A DNA stretch of 64,000 nt from Candidatus Krumholzibacteriia bacterium (GCA_963836185.1 CAWIIQ010000004.1:32001-96000); one strand, 5' to 3'. Positions 30,040 through 40,440 are shown, counted from the stretch's first letter. Notes: generated by a model not told the origin, from the letters alone. Numbers and translations: made by a program.

Positions 30040-31299
30040 ATGTCACCAGCAACAACCCCTTCTTTTCGACAGGTAATAAGGACACTCTCTCTTCTGATTC
30101 TCACCTTGGTTATTTTCAATACTTTCATAAATCCAGTGGATGCACGTGCCGATGCCGGTGCTTTGAAACCAGGTGCACCTAATCCTCCGGAAACTATGAC
30201 CCTTGAATCATCGGTCCTGGGTGAGACGCGTCATGTGTATATCCAGCTGCCTGAGGGGTATGCTTTTTCGACGAAACACTATCCTGTGCTGGTCGTTCTG
30301 GATGGCGAATGGCTTTTCGAACTTGCACGTGCAAACGTGCGTTTCTTCTCCGAGTACGATGCGATGGACGTCGCCCTTCCACGGATGATCGTTGTCGGGA
30401 TAGAGAATACGGACCGGGACCGCGATTATGTTCCGACAAAAGATCCCAGTGACGATCCGGACTTCCCCACGGCCGGTGAGGCGGACCGGTTCGTGGAGTT
30501 CCTCTCCACAGAAGTTCTGCCTGTGGTTGACAGGGAATACCGAACTGTGGGAAGCAGAGCGGTTGTCGGTTGGTCGTTCAGTGGACTATTCGCCATGTAC
30601 TCTGCCTATACCGCACCGGACCTGTTCGATGCCTACCTGTGTATCGGTCCGGCAATATGGTGGGACGACGAGATGGTCGTGAAAGCCTTTCAGGATGTTT
30701 CGTTTGACAGGACGAAACGCATGGTTATAACCCTGGGATCAGGTGAGCAGGGAGGCCTGGTCCATACTGCCTCAACAAATTTTCTGAAGCAGACAGAGGA
30801 GCATCCTGTCGCAGGCTTGACGGTCTCACATCTGGAATTCGAGGGTGTAGGGCACAGCTGGGGGATGCCCTCAGCGATGGACAGGGGTATGCGCGAGCTG
30901 TTCTCAGGGTTCATAGCGCCCGACAGTGTATGTGGTAATTCGCAGGAAGCGATCGATGCGTACTACAGGGAGTTATCAGAAAGGTGGCATTTCAGGGTCC
31001 TTCCGCCTCCTCCGGTGATGCAGGGACTGGCACTTCGGCAGTGGTACGATGATGACAAGGCAGGGGGGCTGGCCACCATAGAAAGGCTGATCGAATATGA
31101 TCCCAATGACGCAAAGGCACATTTTTACAGGGGTGCTTTCCTGGCCCGCCAGGGACAAAAAGAGCAGGCACTGACCAGTTATAAAGAAGCGCTGGCCACG
31201 GAACTTCGCAGATCCGTACCCATAGGAATCAATGTTCTCCATTATCAGGGATACGTCGAAAGAACAGAGAAAGAGCTGGAAGAGGAATCCGGACAGTAG
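30040..31299 (+). CDS. Exported alpha/beta hydrolase (IroE/esterase-like) with C-terminal TPR
   Basis: YPVLVVLDG, IVVGIENTDRDRDY, GWSFSG nucleophile elbow; TPR-like DPNDAKAHFYRG. Confidence 0.85.
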   Translation: MSPATTPSFRQVIRTLSLLILTLVIFNTFINPVDARADAGALKPGAPNPPETMTLESSVLGETRHVYIQLPEGYAFSTKHYPVLVVLDGEWLFELARANVRFFSEYDAMDVALPRMIVVGIENTDRDRDYVPTKDPSDDPDFPTAGEADRFVEFLSTEVLPVVDREYRTVGSRAVVGWSFSGLFAMYSAYTAPDLFDAYLCIGPAIWWDDEMVVKAFQDVSFDRTKRMVITLGSGEQGGLVHTASTNFLKQTEEHPVAGLTVSHLEFEGVGHSWGMPSAMDRGMRELFSGFIAPDSVCGNSQEAIDAYYRELSERWHFRVLPPPPVMQGLALRQWYDDDKAGGLATIERLIEYDPNDAKAHFYRGAFLARQGQKEQALTSYKEALATELRRSVPIGINVLHYQGYVERTEKELEEESGQ

Positions 31300-31311
31300 A
31301 GGGGTAATTCA

Positions 31312-33118
31312 ATGGGCAGACGGATAGTGATTGCGTTACTTGTTGTCATTCTTGCCGCAGGTTCACTCCAGGCTGGAAGCAACACGGAAAAACGTATCGA
31401 GCGGGTCGAGAACGGCCTGTTCACGTCGGTGCTGATAACGGGTGAGCCGACATGGAACATCCTTGAGCGGATGGAACATTACGGTGTGCCTGGAATGAGC
31501 GTCGCTGTGATACACGACTTTCAGGTCGTGTGGACAAAGGCTTATGGCGTAAAGGATACCGAAACAGGGGACCTGGTCACTGAAAATACGATATTCCAGG
31601 CCGCGTCTATCAGCAAGCCGCTCAATGCCACCGCTGTCATGCGAAAGGTGCAAGACGGCGTGTTGTCACTCGACGAAGATGTGAACTCCTATCTGGAGTC
31701 ATGGAAACTTCCCGACAACGAATTTACCGCCGAACATAAAGTCACTGTAGCCAATCTTCTGAGCCATACAGGCGGAACGACCGTGGGAGGATTCCCAGGA
31801 TACAGGATGGGGACCCCGCTGCCGACAGTTCAGCAGATACTGAGCGGCGAAGCGCCTGCGAATACTCAGCCGATAGTCGTCGACATCGTGCCCGGGCAGA
31901 AATACCGCTATTCCGGGGGAGGCACGACGATACTGCAGCTTCTGCTGATCGAGCTGGAAGGCAAGCCGTATCCCGAGATAATGAAGGAAATGATCCTCGA
32001 TCCGTTTCAGATGACAGGCAGCAGTTACAGCCAGCCCCTGACGCCAGAGCTGCAGGCCCTGGCGGCGTCCGCTCATGGCAGAGACGGCAGGCCGATCGAG
32101 GGCAGGTGCCACGTCTATCCCGAGCTGGCCGCCGCCGGGCTGTGGACGACACCCGCGGACCTCGCAAGGTTCGCGATCGAGCACCAGCTTGTCGATGCAG
32201 TCAAGGTCGAACAGGATCCTCTCGGCGGAGATGGAAGAGAAGATGACCACGCCTTATATCGGTGAGACATATGGCCTGGGGTTCGTGATCCGGAATCTGG
32301 AGGATGAGATCTACTTCGGTCACAGCGGGGGGAACATGGGATTCAACTGCCTGTTGATAGCGCACGTACAGGCTGGGTATGGCGCTGTGGTAATGGTTAA
32401 CACCAACGGCATGGACCTGATCGGTGAAGTCGTCAGGTCGATTGCCAGGGAGTATTCATGGGCAGGATATGTCAAGGGACCGTATGATCTCTATTCAGTG
32501 TCACCTGATACACTGAGGCGATATACCGGACGGTATAGAATCGATACCGACGAGGTGGCGATCGTCTCCCTTGAAGACAGCCTGTTGAATGTCGATGTCA
32601 TCGGTGAAAGACCATTCAAACTCTACCCGATCTCCGGAAATGAATTTATCAGGAAGGATAGCGAAAGCCGGGCGATGTTCGTTATCGGCTCCAACCCTGA
32701 CCTTGATGTAGTCAAGCTTTTCGGTGATGGGCCGGAGATGACATTTTCGAGAATGGGTGAAGACGAGACTATACCGTTCGAATTCATGTCGTCCGGCAGG
32801 ATCGATGAAGGCGTCAGCGGCTACCGGGATATATGGAACGAGGATCGATCTGATGAAGCAGTAACCGAACGGAGACTCAACATACTTGGTTACGATCTGC
32901 TGGGCAGGGGACTGACAAAAGAAGCGATAGCACTCTTTGCATTGAACGTGGAGTTTTATCCGACATCCTCGAATGTTTATGACAGCCTTGGTGAAGCTTA
33001 TCTCAAGAACGGTGACAAGGAACTCGCGATAAAGAACTATAAGAAATCTATTGAGCTCAATCCCGAAAACTCGAACGCAGTGAAAGTGCTTGAGGAAATC
33101 AATAAAACGGACAAGTGA
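31312..33118 (+). CDS. Exported serine hydrolase (beta-lactamase/AmpC-like) with C-terminal TPR, frameshift near 32191
   Basis: SISK, LLSHTGG, YRYSGGG, HSGG; TPR segment NVYDSLGEAY..AIKNYKKSIELNP; ORFs 31312-32265 plus 32075-33118. Confidence 0.88.
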
Positions 33119-33275
33119 TCCCACCCGTCCGGCGATTGCGCCGGACGGACAGGATCATCGGGTGGGGTCTATTCTGCGTCTCTTACTGACCTGACACAGT
33201 TGTATATCCTGATGGCGTCACCCTGGGGGCCGTTGGCCAGCATTTACGCGCTCTGGATAGACTCTGTTCTCGTGG

Positions 33276-34205
33276 CTATGCCGATGTTTCCTGGTCTGAA
33301 TCCAGTGCCGGGATGACCACATCTTCCTCGGGTACAAGAACAGTGACCGCGCCGGGCAGAATCTCGACATCCAGCGGGGTCGTCCCGATCATATCTCCGT
33401 CGGCCTGCACCGGCAGGGGGACATTGCTCCGGATTGTGACGCGCCTCTGCACCTTTATAAAACGCGAGATAATATCCGGGGAGCGGCCGGCCAATATTCC
33501 GAAGATGTAAAGAGGAAAGTCACGAAAGGGTTTCGTGCCAAGGATGAGAACATCGAGGTATCCATCATCGATATGAATCTCCGGTGCTTTCGGATAGAGC
33601 ATCTTCGCCAGAATGCCACAGTTCATGATAGCGACCTCGATCGCCCGGTACTCCTGCCCACTGCCGTCGACTGTGACTACGAGCTGTCGGCGCTTCAAGG
33701 TGAACATTTTTGGAATGGTGTTCCAGAAATAGGCGATGCGGCCAAAGTAGTGTTTACTTTTTCTCGTCGTGTCGCTGATGACGGCGGCGCTGATGCCGAC
33801 ACTGGCGTTGAGAACGAACATCCGGTCACCGATCTTCATCACGTCGATCTTTCGCAATCGTGGCGTACCGGCAATAAGCGTGACCGCATCATCAACATCC
33901 TCGGGAATACCGAGTTCACGTGCAATAAGATTTCCAGTCCCGGTAGGGATAATGCCGAGTGGGATCGGGCTTCCGGCTATACCGTCGATGACCGCAGAGA
34001 CTGTTCCATCCCCACCAGCAGTCACAGCGAGATCGAATCCGTGGCGCATACGCTCCCGTACGATCTCACTGAGGTTCTCTCCCCTTTGAGTCTCATGGAT
34101 CTCATAAGGGATCCGGGATGAACCGAAGTGGCTGTCCAGCGCCCCGCGTACTCGCTCACGCACACTTTGTCCGGACGTCCGGTTCAAGACCACGAATACC
34201 TTCAT
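33276..34205 (-). CDS. Diacylglycerol/lipid kinase family protein (YegS/DAGK)
   Basis: VLNRTSG, AGGDGT, IPTGTGN, QADGD. Confidence 0.9.
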   Translation of the reverse strand: MKVFVVLNRTSGQSVRERVRGALDSHFGSSRIPYEIHETQRGENLSEIVRERMRHGFDLAVTAGGDGTVSAVIDGIAGSPIPLGIIPTGTGNLIARELGIPEDVDDAVTLIAGTPRLRKIDVMKIGDRMFVLNASVGISAAVISDTTRKSKHYFGRIAYFWNTIPKMFTLKRRQLVVTVDGSGQEYRAIEVAIMNCGILAKMLYPKAPEIHIDDGYLDVLILGTKPFRDFPLYIFGILAGRSPDIISRFIKVQRRVTIRSNVPLPVQADGDMIGTTPLDVEILPGAVTVLVPEEDVVIPALDSDQETSA

Positions 34206-34571
34206 GACACCCCATTCTTCCTGTAATCTTTCGGCGACCGATTCTTCCATCCTTGGCCCGCCATAGAATGTGATCCTGATCATTCTGACGGCAAGAATGC
34301 CCCGCAGCAAAGCGCATTGCAAAGCATTTATTAAAGAATTGAGTCCCCATAGTAAACTTTATTAGAACTGCTTATATGTAGAATTGGAATTACATGCGAT
34401 TCTCACTATGATAGAGTGCATTTACTGTCAGCCTGTCTTATGAAGTTGATCGAGGGTGAATTCGTAACTTAAGTATTTACATGAATATGACAGCTATTAA
34501 TTGATTTTGGAATATTGGATACGCTGCCATCTTCGCCGCTATATCTGATATGGTAGTTCAAGATACATTAC

Positions 34572-34902
34572 GTTAGCCAGACGTTGAGGGTACAGGGATT
34601 ATCGAGGAGGAGATATGAGATCCGTGTTGGCGATCATCGTCGCGTATATAGGCTCCCGAGCGATATTCGCAGCATTCGATTTCAATTACGCCGTTTTTCG
34701 TGAGCCGTTCAACGTTGGCAAACTGATCGTTGATTTTGGCGTGTTCGCGGTTCTGTTTGGAGGATGCTATTGGCTTCTCGGGCTCAAGGGGGCGCCAAAA
34801 TCGAAGGACACTGGCTAAATGACCGCTCCTGTCGACGAGCCACGGGCCAACCGCTGGCGGGCCCTGACGTCGTGGCTCGCGGCGGAGTGTCCCCAGATAG
34901 AA
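34572..34902 (+). mobile_element. Degenerate integron-like gene cassette (core site, ORF, attC-like hairpin)
   Basis: GTTAGCCAG at 34572 is complementary to CTGGCTAA(A) at 34811, which contains the ORF stop; followed by GCTCCTGTCGACGAGCCACG...CGTGGCTCGCGGCGGAGT imperfect palindrome. Confidence 0.5.
34615..34818 (+). CDS. Small two-TM membrane protein (cassette cargo)
   Basis: Strong GAGGAGG RBS, 67 aa, two hydrophobic segments. Confidence 0.65.
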   Translation: MRSVLAIIVAYIGSRAIFAAFDFNYAVFREPFNVGKLIVDFGVFAVLFGGCYWLLGLKGAPKSKDTG

Positions 34903-35131
34903 TTTGAACTGGTCAGAATCCAGCACCACCGGTCCGCCTGTTTCCAGGTGGAACCGTTTCAGGAAGAATAATTGAAGATTTGATCTTATGCCGGAGTGCA
35001 TGAGTCTGCTCATCCGCATGTGTACAAAGAGCGGGTTCTGGCTTTCATCCGTCTATAATACAATAAGTTAACGGCTCCGCTCCGCCTTCCGTTACACCAA
35101 CTCCCGGACGAAATCCCATTGTTAGGGCTGA

Positions 35132-35146
35132 TGGCACATCTCTTGT
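35132..35146 (+). promoter_or_regulatory. Possible sigma54 promoter upstream of the TPR gene
   Basis: TGGCAC-ATCTC-TTGT (GG-N10-GT variant). Confidence 0.4.
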
Positions 35147-35196
35147 ATTGACCACACCTTACAGGGCCGGATAACGCCCTGTGAAAGGTGTGTGGA

Positions 35197-36339
35197 ATGA
35201 GCGGAAAGATAATCAAAATGCGCCGCACCGGCGGCGGAGAGGCAGGCGCGAGCCTGCTGGATAGAGCTTCGACACTCGTGGCGCAGGGGAAGCTGTTGGA
35301 GGCGGAAGGGTTTATCCTGGAAGGCAGGCAGCTCGAACCTGTCAACGCCGACTTTGCCAATCTCGACGGGCTGCTGCACCTGCGAAGAGGCAATTGCGAC
35401 GCTGCCGCTGAAAAGTTCGCTGAAGCTGCCCTGATGGATGAGGGCAGGGCCGACCTTCGCAACAATCTCGGCACGGCGCTGCTCGAAGCTGGAAGAGTAA
35501 AGGAAGCTGCCGACGCGATAGCCGGCGGCCTGGCGATAGATGAAAACAATGTCAATCTCCTCAGAAACGCGGCGACAGCGGCGATAATCCTCGGTGACAG
35601 CGACCGTGCGGTTGAGCTGGCATGCAAGGCCGTCAAGGAAGAGCCTCACGAGGCGGGAAGTCATGTCGTCCTGGCCGAGACCCTTCTGCGGTCCGGTGAC
35701 AACAGGGCGGCCGCGGATGCCCTCGCATGTCTCAAGTTCCTCGAAGGGACGCCTATTAAGGTGATCCTCAAGGCCGTCCATCTCTATATCAGGATGGATA
35801 TGCTCGAAGAGGCGCAGGGTATGGTATACGCCGCGGTGGAAAGCGACCCGTCAAACTGCAAACTGATGCTTCTGCTCGGCAAGGTCCTCGAGATGCGCGA
35901 CGATCTCGACGGGGCGAAACATGTATACGTCACGATCCTCTCTTACGATGCAGATAACGTTGACGCGAGAAACGGTCTCGGCTGCGTCCTCGAGAGAAAG
36001 GGCGAGTATATGGAGGCCCTCGAGCACTTCATGGAGGCTCACAGGCTTTCGCCGCTTAACGAGCAGATCGAGGTCAATCTCGGGATAGTCCTCGACAAGC
36101 TCGACATGGACGATGAGGCCGAGCGTCATCTCTCTCTCGTCATGGAAAGGGCTCCCGGTTTCGGGGTCGCGTTCAACGCGATGGGATGCTTTCTGTCGAG
36201 AAGGGGTAAGTACATAGAGGCAGCGGATATCTTCATGACTGCCATAGACCTCGAGCCCGACAACGACAGATATCGCCGCAACCTCGAGCTCGCGCAGAGC
36301 ATGATCGCGGCGACGGGACTTCAGGAGAGCAGGCTCTAA
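35197..36339 (+). CDS. Tetratricopeptide repeat protein
   Basis: Multiple TPRs (NNLGTALL, ARNGLGCVL, VNLGIVL, FNAMGCFL). Confidence 0.88.
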   Translation: MSGKIIKMRRTGGGEAGASLLDRASTLVAQGKLLEAEGFILEGRQLEPVNADFANLDGLLHLRRGNCDAAAEKFAEAALMDEGRADLRNNLGTALLEAGRVKEAADAIAGGLAIDENNVNLLRNAATAAIILGDSDRAVELACKAVKEEPHEAGSHVVLAETLLRSGDNRAAADALACLKFLEGTPIKVILKAVHLYIRMDMLEEAQGMVYAAVESDPSNCKLMLLLGKVLEMRDDLDGAKHVYVTILSYDADNVDARNGLGCVLERKGEYMEALEHFMEAHRLSPLNEQIEVNLGIVLDKLDMDDEAERHLSLVMERAPGFGVAFNAMGCFLSRRGKYIEAADIFMTAIDLEPDNDRYRRNLELAQSMIAATGLQESRL

Positions 36340-36434
36340 AAAAGATTTCCATACTGAGATGTCTCGATTATAATCCGCCTTGAGGGACAGTCGCGGAAGG
36401 GCGCGGCCGTACCCCTGAAAGGCGGCCTGCGGAT

Positions 36435-37286
36435 ATGGGTGTCAAAAAGAAGGCACGCTCCCACACGATAGCGCTTCTGACAGATTTCAGCTGGCACAAC
36501 TGGTATCTCGGCGTCATGAAAGGCGTGATACTCGGGATCAATCCCGAGGTCAGGCTCGTTGACCTGTGTCACGACGTCTCGAGCCAGGATGTGCGCGAGG
36601 GAAGCTTCGTGCTGGGAAACAGCTTCGAGTATTTTCCCCCTGGGACTGTGTTCCTCTGTGTCGTCGATCCGGGAGTCGGAGGCGACAGGCGTAACCTGAT
36701 CATCGAGACGGATAAATATTTCTTCGTGGGCCCCGATAACGGGATACTCAGCTGCGTATTCGAGAAAGGGATAGTCAGAAAGGTATACGCCGTCAAACAG
36801 GGCAAGTACACGCTGCCCCTTCATGGCAGGACCTTTCTCGGCAGGGATATCTTCGCTCCGATCGCTACCCATCTCACGCTGGGAGTGCTTCCCTCCGAGA
36901 TGGGTGAGACGGTCGATTCCGTTCTGACCGTTCCAGCCCTCAAGCCGTTCGTGAACAAGAAGGATGAGGTGTCGGGAAGGGCCGTCTATGTCGATACATT
37001 CGGAAACATCATTACGAATATCAGCGAGCAGTTTCTCCTCGAGCAGTTCGGCAAGAAGACCGACTGGGACGAGGTGACGGTCCGGATCGGGAAAAGACGG
37101 CTCAAGGGGATGAAACGGTATTACGAGCAGGGCAAGCTCGGGAAGCTGATGGCGCTCTTTGATTCCTGGGGATACCTCGAGCTGGCGGTCAACATGGGGA
37201 ACGCTTTCAACCTCCTCGGCCTGACCGAGAAGAAATCGCTCGAAATATTCGTATCCGGCCCCGCGCCAGCTCCGAAAAGGAAATAA
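36435..37286 (+). CDS. SAM hydrolase / SAM-dependent halogenase family protein (DUF62)
   Basis: LLTDF, YLGVMKGVI, VVDPGVG, GPDNG, TFLGRDIFAP, DTFGNIITN, GYLELAVNMG. Confidence 0.9.
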   Translation: MGVKKKARSHTIALLTDFSWHNWYLGVMKGVILGINPEVRLVDLCHDVSSQDVREGSFVLGNSFEYFPPGTVFLCVVDPGVGGDRRNLIIETDKYFFVGPDNGILSCVFEKGIVRKVYAVKQGKYTLPLHGRTFLGRDIFAPIATHLTLGVLPSEMGETVDSVLTVPALKPFVNKKDEVSGRAVYVDTFGNIITNISEQFLLEQFGKKTDWDEVTVRIGKRRLKGMKRYYEQGKLGKLMALFDSWGYLELAVNMGNAFNLLGLTEKKSLEIFVSGPAPAPKRK

Positions 37287-38047
37287 TGGCCCTGCGACTG
37301 ACAGTTCTCGGATCGGGCACGATAGTGCCCTCGCAGGTAAGGCACGCCACGACGCTTTTCGTCGAGGGCGGCGGCGAGGACATACTTATCGATTGCGGTC
37401 CGGGAGCCCTGCAGGCTCTCGAGGACGCGGGAAGATCGTATCGAGGCGTTCACAGGATACTCCTGACACATTTTCATCCCGACCATACCCTCGGCCTGGG
37501 CAGGCTCTTTTCCGCCGTAAAGAACGATACGGCGATGACCGGACGTCACTGGATCGTCATATACGGGCCGGCGGGCCTGGAGAAGTTCATCTCCGGGTGG
37601 AACGATCTCTACGGCAATATCGTGCCGGACGATGATACGCTCAATCTAGTGACGATGGAACCGGGATACGAGATCGATATCGGTGATATGATGATAACGG
37701 CCGGACCGGCCGATCACGGCGGGAGGCCCGCTCTCGCATACAGGATCGATATGGAGGGAAGAAGCATCGTCTACACGGGAGACACGTCTCGTTCGGACAG
37801 GCTCGACCTGTTTGTCTCCGGCGCCGATCTTCTCGTCTCCGAATGCTCCTTTCCGGACGAATCTCCCGCCGAGGGGCACATGACCCCCGCGACGGTCGGA
37901 GAGATGGCCGCCGCGGCGGGGGCGGGCGAGGTGCTGCTCGTACACATGTATCCGTTTTTCGGTGAGACCGATCCGGCGGCCGAGGTAAGAAGAAGATTCA
38001 AGGGAAAGGTCACGACCGGCAGGGACGGCCTTGTGATCGAACTCTGA
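37286..38047 (+). CDS. MBL-fold metallohydrolase (RNase Z/BN-like)
   Basis: VLGSGT, IDCGPG, THFHPDH, YTGDT, ECS, GHMT, LVHMYP. Confidence 0.85.
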   Translation: MALRLTVLGSGTIVPSQVRHATTLFVEGGGEDILIDCGPGALQALEDAGRSYRGVHRILLTHFHPDHTLGLGRLFSAVKNDTAMTGRHWIVIYGPAGLEKFISGWNDLYGNIVPDDDTLNLVTMEPGYEIDIGDMMITAGPADHGGRPALAYRIDMEGRSIVYTGDTSRSDRLDLFVSGADLLVSECSFPDESPAEGHMTPATVGEMAAAAGAGEVLLVHMYPFFGETDPAAEVRRRFKGKVTTGRDGLVIEL

Positions 38048-38055
38048 GGCCAGAG

Positions 38056-38862
38056 ATGCAAAGTGAGGGAAAATTGAGAAGAACAGCGTCAGTCATACTC
38101 ATTGCCGCACTGGTATTGGCCGCTTCTTTCGAAGGAGCGGACGCGTACAGGCTCATCGAGCACAAGGAATGGAACATTGCCGCCGAGGGCCGAACGGCCT
38201 TCAAGGTCAAAAATGTGCGGGGCGCTATCGAGGTCATAGGCTGGGACCGCGGCGAGATAGAGATCTCAGCGACGATCAGGGTCAGGGCGGCCAGCAAGGA
38301 CAAGGCGGAGAAGATCTACGGGAAGATCGGGTTCGAGATCGGACAGGAACCGGGGAACATCTCGGTCAGGGCGCACGTACCAGGGTACAGGAAGGACACC
38401 ATGTCCGGCGAGGGCAATACGACCGTGTGGGTGGATTATTCGATCAGGGTCCCTTATGAGACCGATCTCGATATCAGGTCGGTCACCGGCGATATCGCGG
38501 TCGTGCAGGTCGGAGGCAGGTTCCGGGTGACAAGCGAGCAGGGTGCTATCGATATGCTTTCGAGAGGGGGCGAGGGCCTCCTGAAAACGGGGAACGGCGA
38601 CATAGGATGCGAGCTCGCTTTTCTCCCGGCCGGCGGTAAGCTTCGGCTCAAGACTGACAACGGCGACCTGTCGCTCGGTCTCCCGGACGGGACGAGCGCG
38701 ACGCTGAAGGCGAGGACGCATGCCGGAAAGGTGAGGGTCCGGATTCCTATGACCGCGGTGGAAAAGGAGAAGCGCAAGGTGAAAAAGGGCGTTCTCGGAG
38801 CCGGCGATGGAGAGATCGTTATGGAAACGGCGAATGGAGATGTTACAATAGGAGAGTTATAA
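38056..38862 (+). CDS. Secreted DUF4097 beta-strand repeat protein
   Basis: Signal peptide; NVRGAIEVIGWD, SVTGDI, TGNGDI, TDNGDL, TANGDV. Confidence 0.8.
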   Translation: MQSEGKLRRTASVILIAALVLAASFEGADAYRLIEHKEWNIAAEGRTAFKVKNVRGAIEVIGWDRGEIEISATIRVRAASKDKAEKIYGKIGFEIGQEPGNISVRAHVPGYRKDTMSGEGNTTVWVDYSIRVPYETDLDIRSVTGDIAVVQVGGRFRVTSEQGAIDMLSRGGEGLLKTGNGDIGCELAFLPAGGKLRLKTDNGDLSLGLPDGTSATLKARTHAGKVRVRIPMTAVEKEKRKVKKGVLGAGDGEIVMETANGDVTIGEL

Positions 38863-38881
38863 CCGGATGGAGGTTCCCGAT

Positions 38882-39262
38882 ATGGAAGGCGAAAAGAAAC
38901 ACACTTCGATACCGCCCGGCATTGCGGCGGCCGCGGCCTACTTCTTCCCGTTCATCGGTGGGCTGGTCATGCTCGCTGTCGAGAAGGAGGACCGTTTCGT
39001 GAGATTTCACGCGGCCCAGTCGATCGTTTTCTGGGCCTGCGCTTCCGCGGTGGCGTTGCTGCTCTTCTGGATACCGCTGATAAAGGATGTCTACGCACTG
39101 GTACTGCTCGCCGCGTGGCTGTTCCTCATCTACCAGGCATGGACGAACAGGGAGTTCGAGATACCGTATCTCGGGGCGATAGCGAGGAAACAGGTCTTCG
39201 GAAACGAGGATACGGCAGCCGCGCCGGAGGACGATAACGAGGGTGAAGGCCCTCAGGTATAA
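38882..39262 (+). CDS. DUF4870-type small membrane protein
   Basis: AAAAYFF, EKEDRFVRFHAAQS, FEIPYLG. Confidence 0.75.
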   Translation: MEGEKKHTSIPPGIAAAAAYFFPFIGGLVMLAVEKEDRFVRFHAAQSIVFWACASAVALLLFWIPLIKDVYALVLLAAWLFLIYQAWTNREFEIPYLGAIARKQVFGNEDTAAAPEDDNEGEGPQV

Positions 39263-39325
39263 CAAGTTACGTTCCGCAGGCGTTATTATTCCATTTACCG
39301 TTGGAAACAGACGGATTATATTATC

Positions 39326-39348
39326 TGCACCCTCCAGGGTGCATTTTT
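39326..39348 (+). terminator. Possible terminator or operator palindrome
   Basis: TGCACCC-tcca-GGGTGCA followed by TTTTT. Confidence 0.45.
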
Positions 39349-39383
39349 ATCTGAATATTCATATAGCCGGAGTTGTATGACTC

Positions 39384-39977
39384 ATGACGGTAACGGACGG
39401 GACGACGGACATTTCGAAGGAGACGCTGCAAGCCTGGAAAGACGGCAGCGTCAAGGCGTTTGAAGAGGTCGTCAGGACCGCCATGAGGCGGGCCTACTCG
39501 GTCGCGGTCGGCATCGTAGGAAATGCCGAGGACGCGCACGACCTCTCGCAGGAGGCGTTCATGGCAGCGCACAGAGCTAGAGCCACATTCGATGTCGAAC
39601 GTCCTTTCTTCCCCTGGTTTTACCGTATCCTGAGGAACAGATGTCTGAACTTCCTCAGGAAGAAAGCCGGCAGAAGGGAGGTCTCGATCGATGTGTTGAT
39701 CGAGAAGCCCGGCCGGTCGGAATCCCCCGAGAAGGGTGTGATGAGAAAGGAGCGGGCCGAAGCCCTCTGGCAGGCGATCCAGGACCTTACTCCCGAGCAC
39801 AGGGAGATAATAATCCTCAGATCGTTCCAGGAGCTCGCGTACAGGGAGATAGCCGAGACTCTCGGCATATCGGAAGGGACCGTGATGTCCCGCCTGTACT
39901 ATGCCCGCAAATCACTGTACGGGAAACTGAAGGATATCTGCGACGACCTGTACAGAGAAGGGGATGATCAGCCGTGA
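39384..39977 (+). CDS. ECF RNA polymerase sigma factor
   Basis: DAHDLSQEAF, FFPWFYRILRN, YREIAETLGISEGTVMSRL. Confidence 0.93.
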   Translation: MTVTDGTTDISKETLQAWKDGSVKAFEEVVRTAMRRAYSVAVGIVGNAEDAHDLSQEAFMAAHRARATFDVERPFFPWFYRILRNRCLNFLRKKAGRREVSIDVLIEKPGRSESPEKGVMRKERAEALWQAIQDLTPEHREIIILRSFQELAYREIAETLGISEGTVMSRLYYARKSLYGKLKDICDDLYREGDDQP

Positions 39978-40410
39978 GCTGCAACAGGATGGAGACCGAC
40001 GGCATGAGATACCTCGACGGCGAGATGTCAGCCGCCGAGAGGGCCGCGTTCGAGGAGCATCTCTCCTCGTGCGGCGAGTGCAGGCAGTCGATCGGATGAA
40101 CTCGGCAGTGTCGAGAGACTGACCGGCATGATGAAGATCCGCGATCCGCAGGACGATTTCTGGGAAGCGTACTGGAAGAAGCCTTTTCAGGAGGCTCGAG
40201 CGGAAGACCGGCTGGCTTCTTATGATAGCCGGCGCGGCTCTGATAGTGCTGTACGCACTCTGGAAGGGTGTGACCGATTTCGGCGAGATAACCTTCGTAA
40301 AGGTCGTCGCCGTTATCCTCGCGGCCGGATTCGTCATACTGCTGATATCGGTCATAAGGGAACGTATTCACCAGTACGGCTCCGACCGGTACAAAGACAT
40401 CGAGAGATAG
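39974..40410 (+). CDS. Zinc-finger (zf-HC2) transmembrane anti-sigma factor, two frameshifts (~40090, ~40180)
   Basis: GTG overlaps the sigma stop: MSCNRMETDGMRYLDGEMSAAERAAFEEHLSSCGEC (HxxxCxxC), then DDFWEAYW and two TMs ending DRYKDIER. Confidence 0.8.
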
Positions 40411-40440
40411 GCGGAACAGCTGAAAGGGGAGTGGTCGGAG

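Noticed and set aside
33119-33167. Nested inverted repeats after the serine hydrolase
   Set aside because: A 10-bp GC hairpin between convergent genes is adequately explained as a terminator or stabiliser.
34552-34578. Chromosomal dif site
   Set aside because: Only the XerD-like half resembles the consensus and the XerC arm does not. It is treated instead as the left boundary of the cassette.
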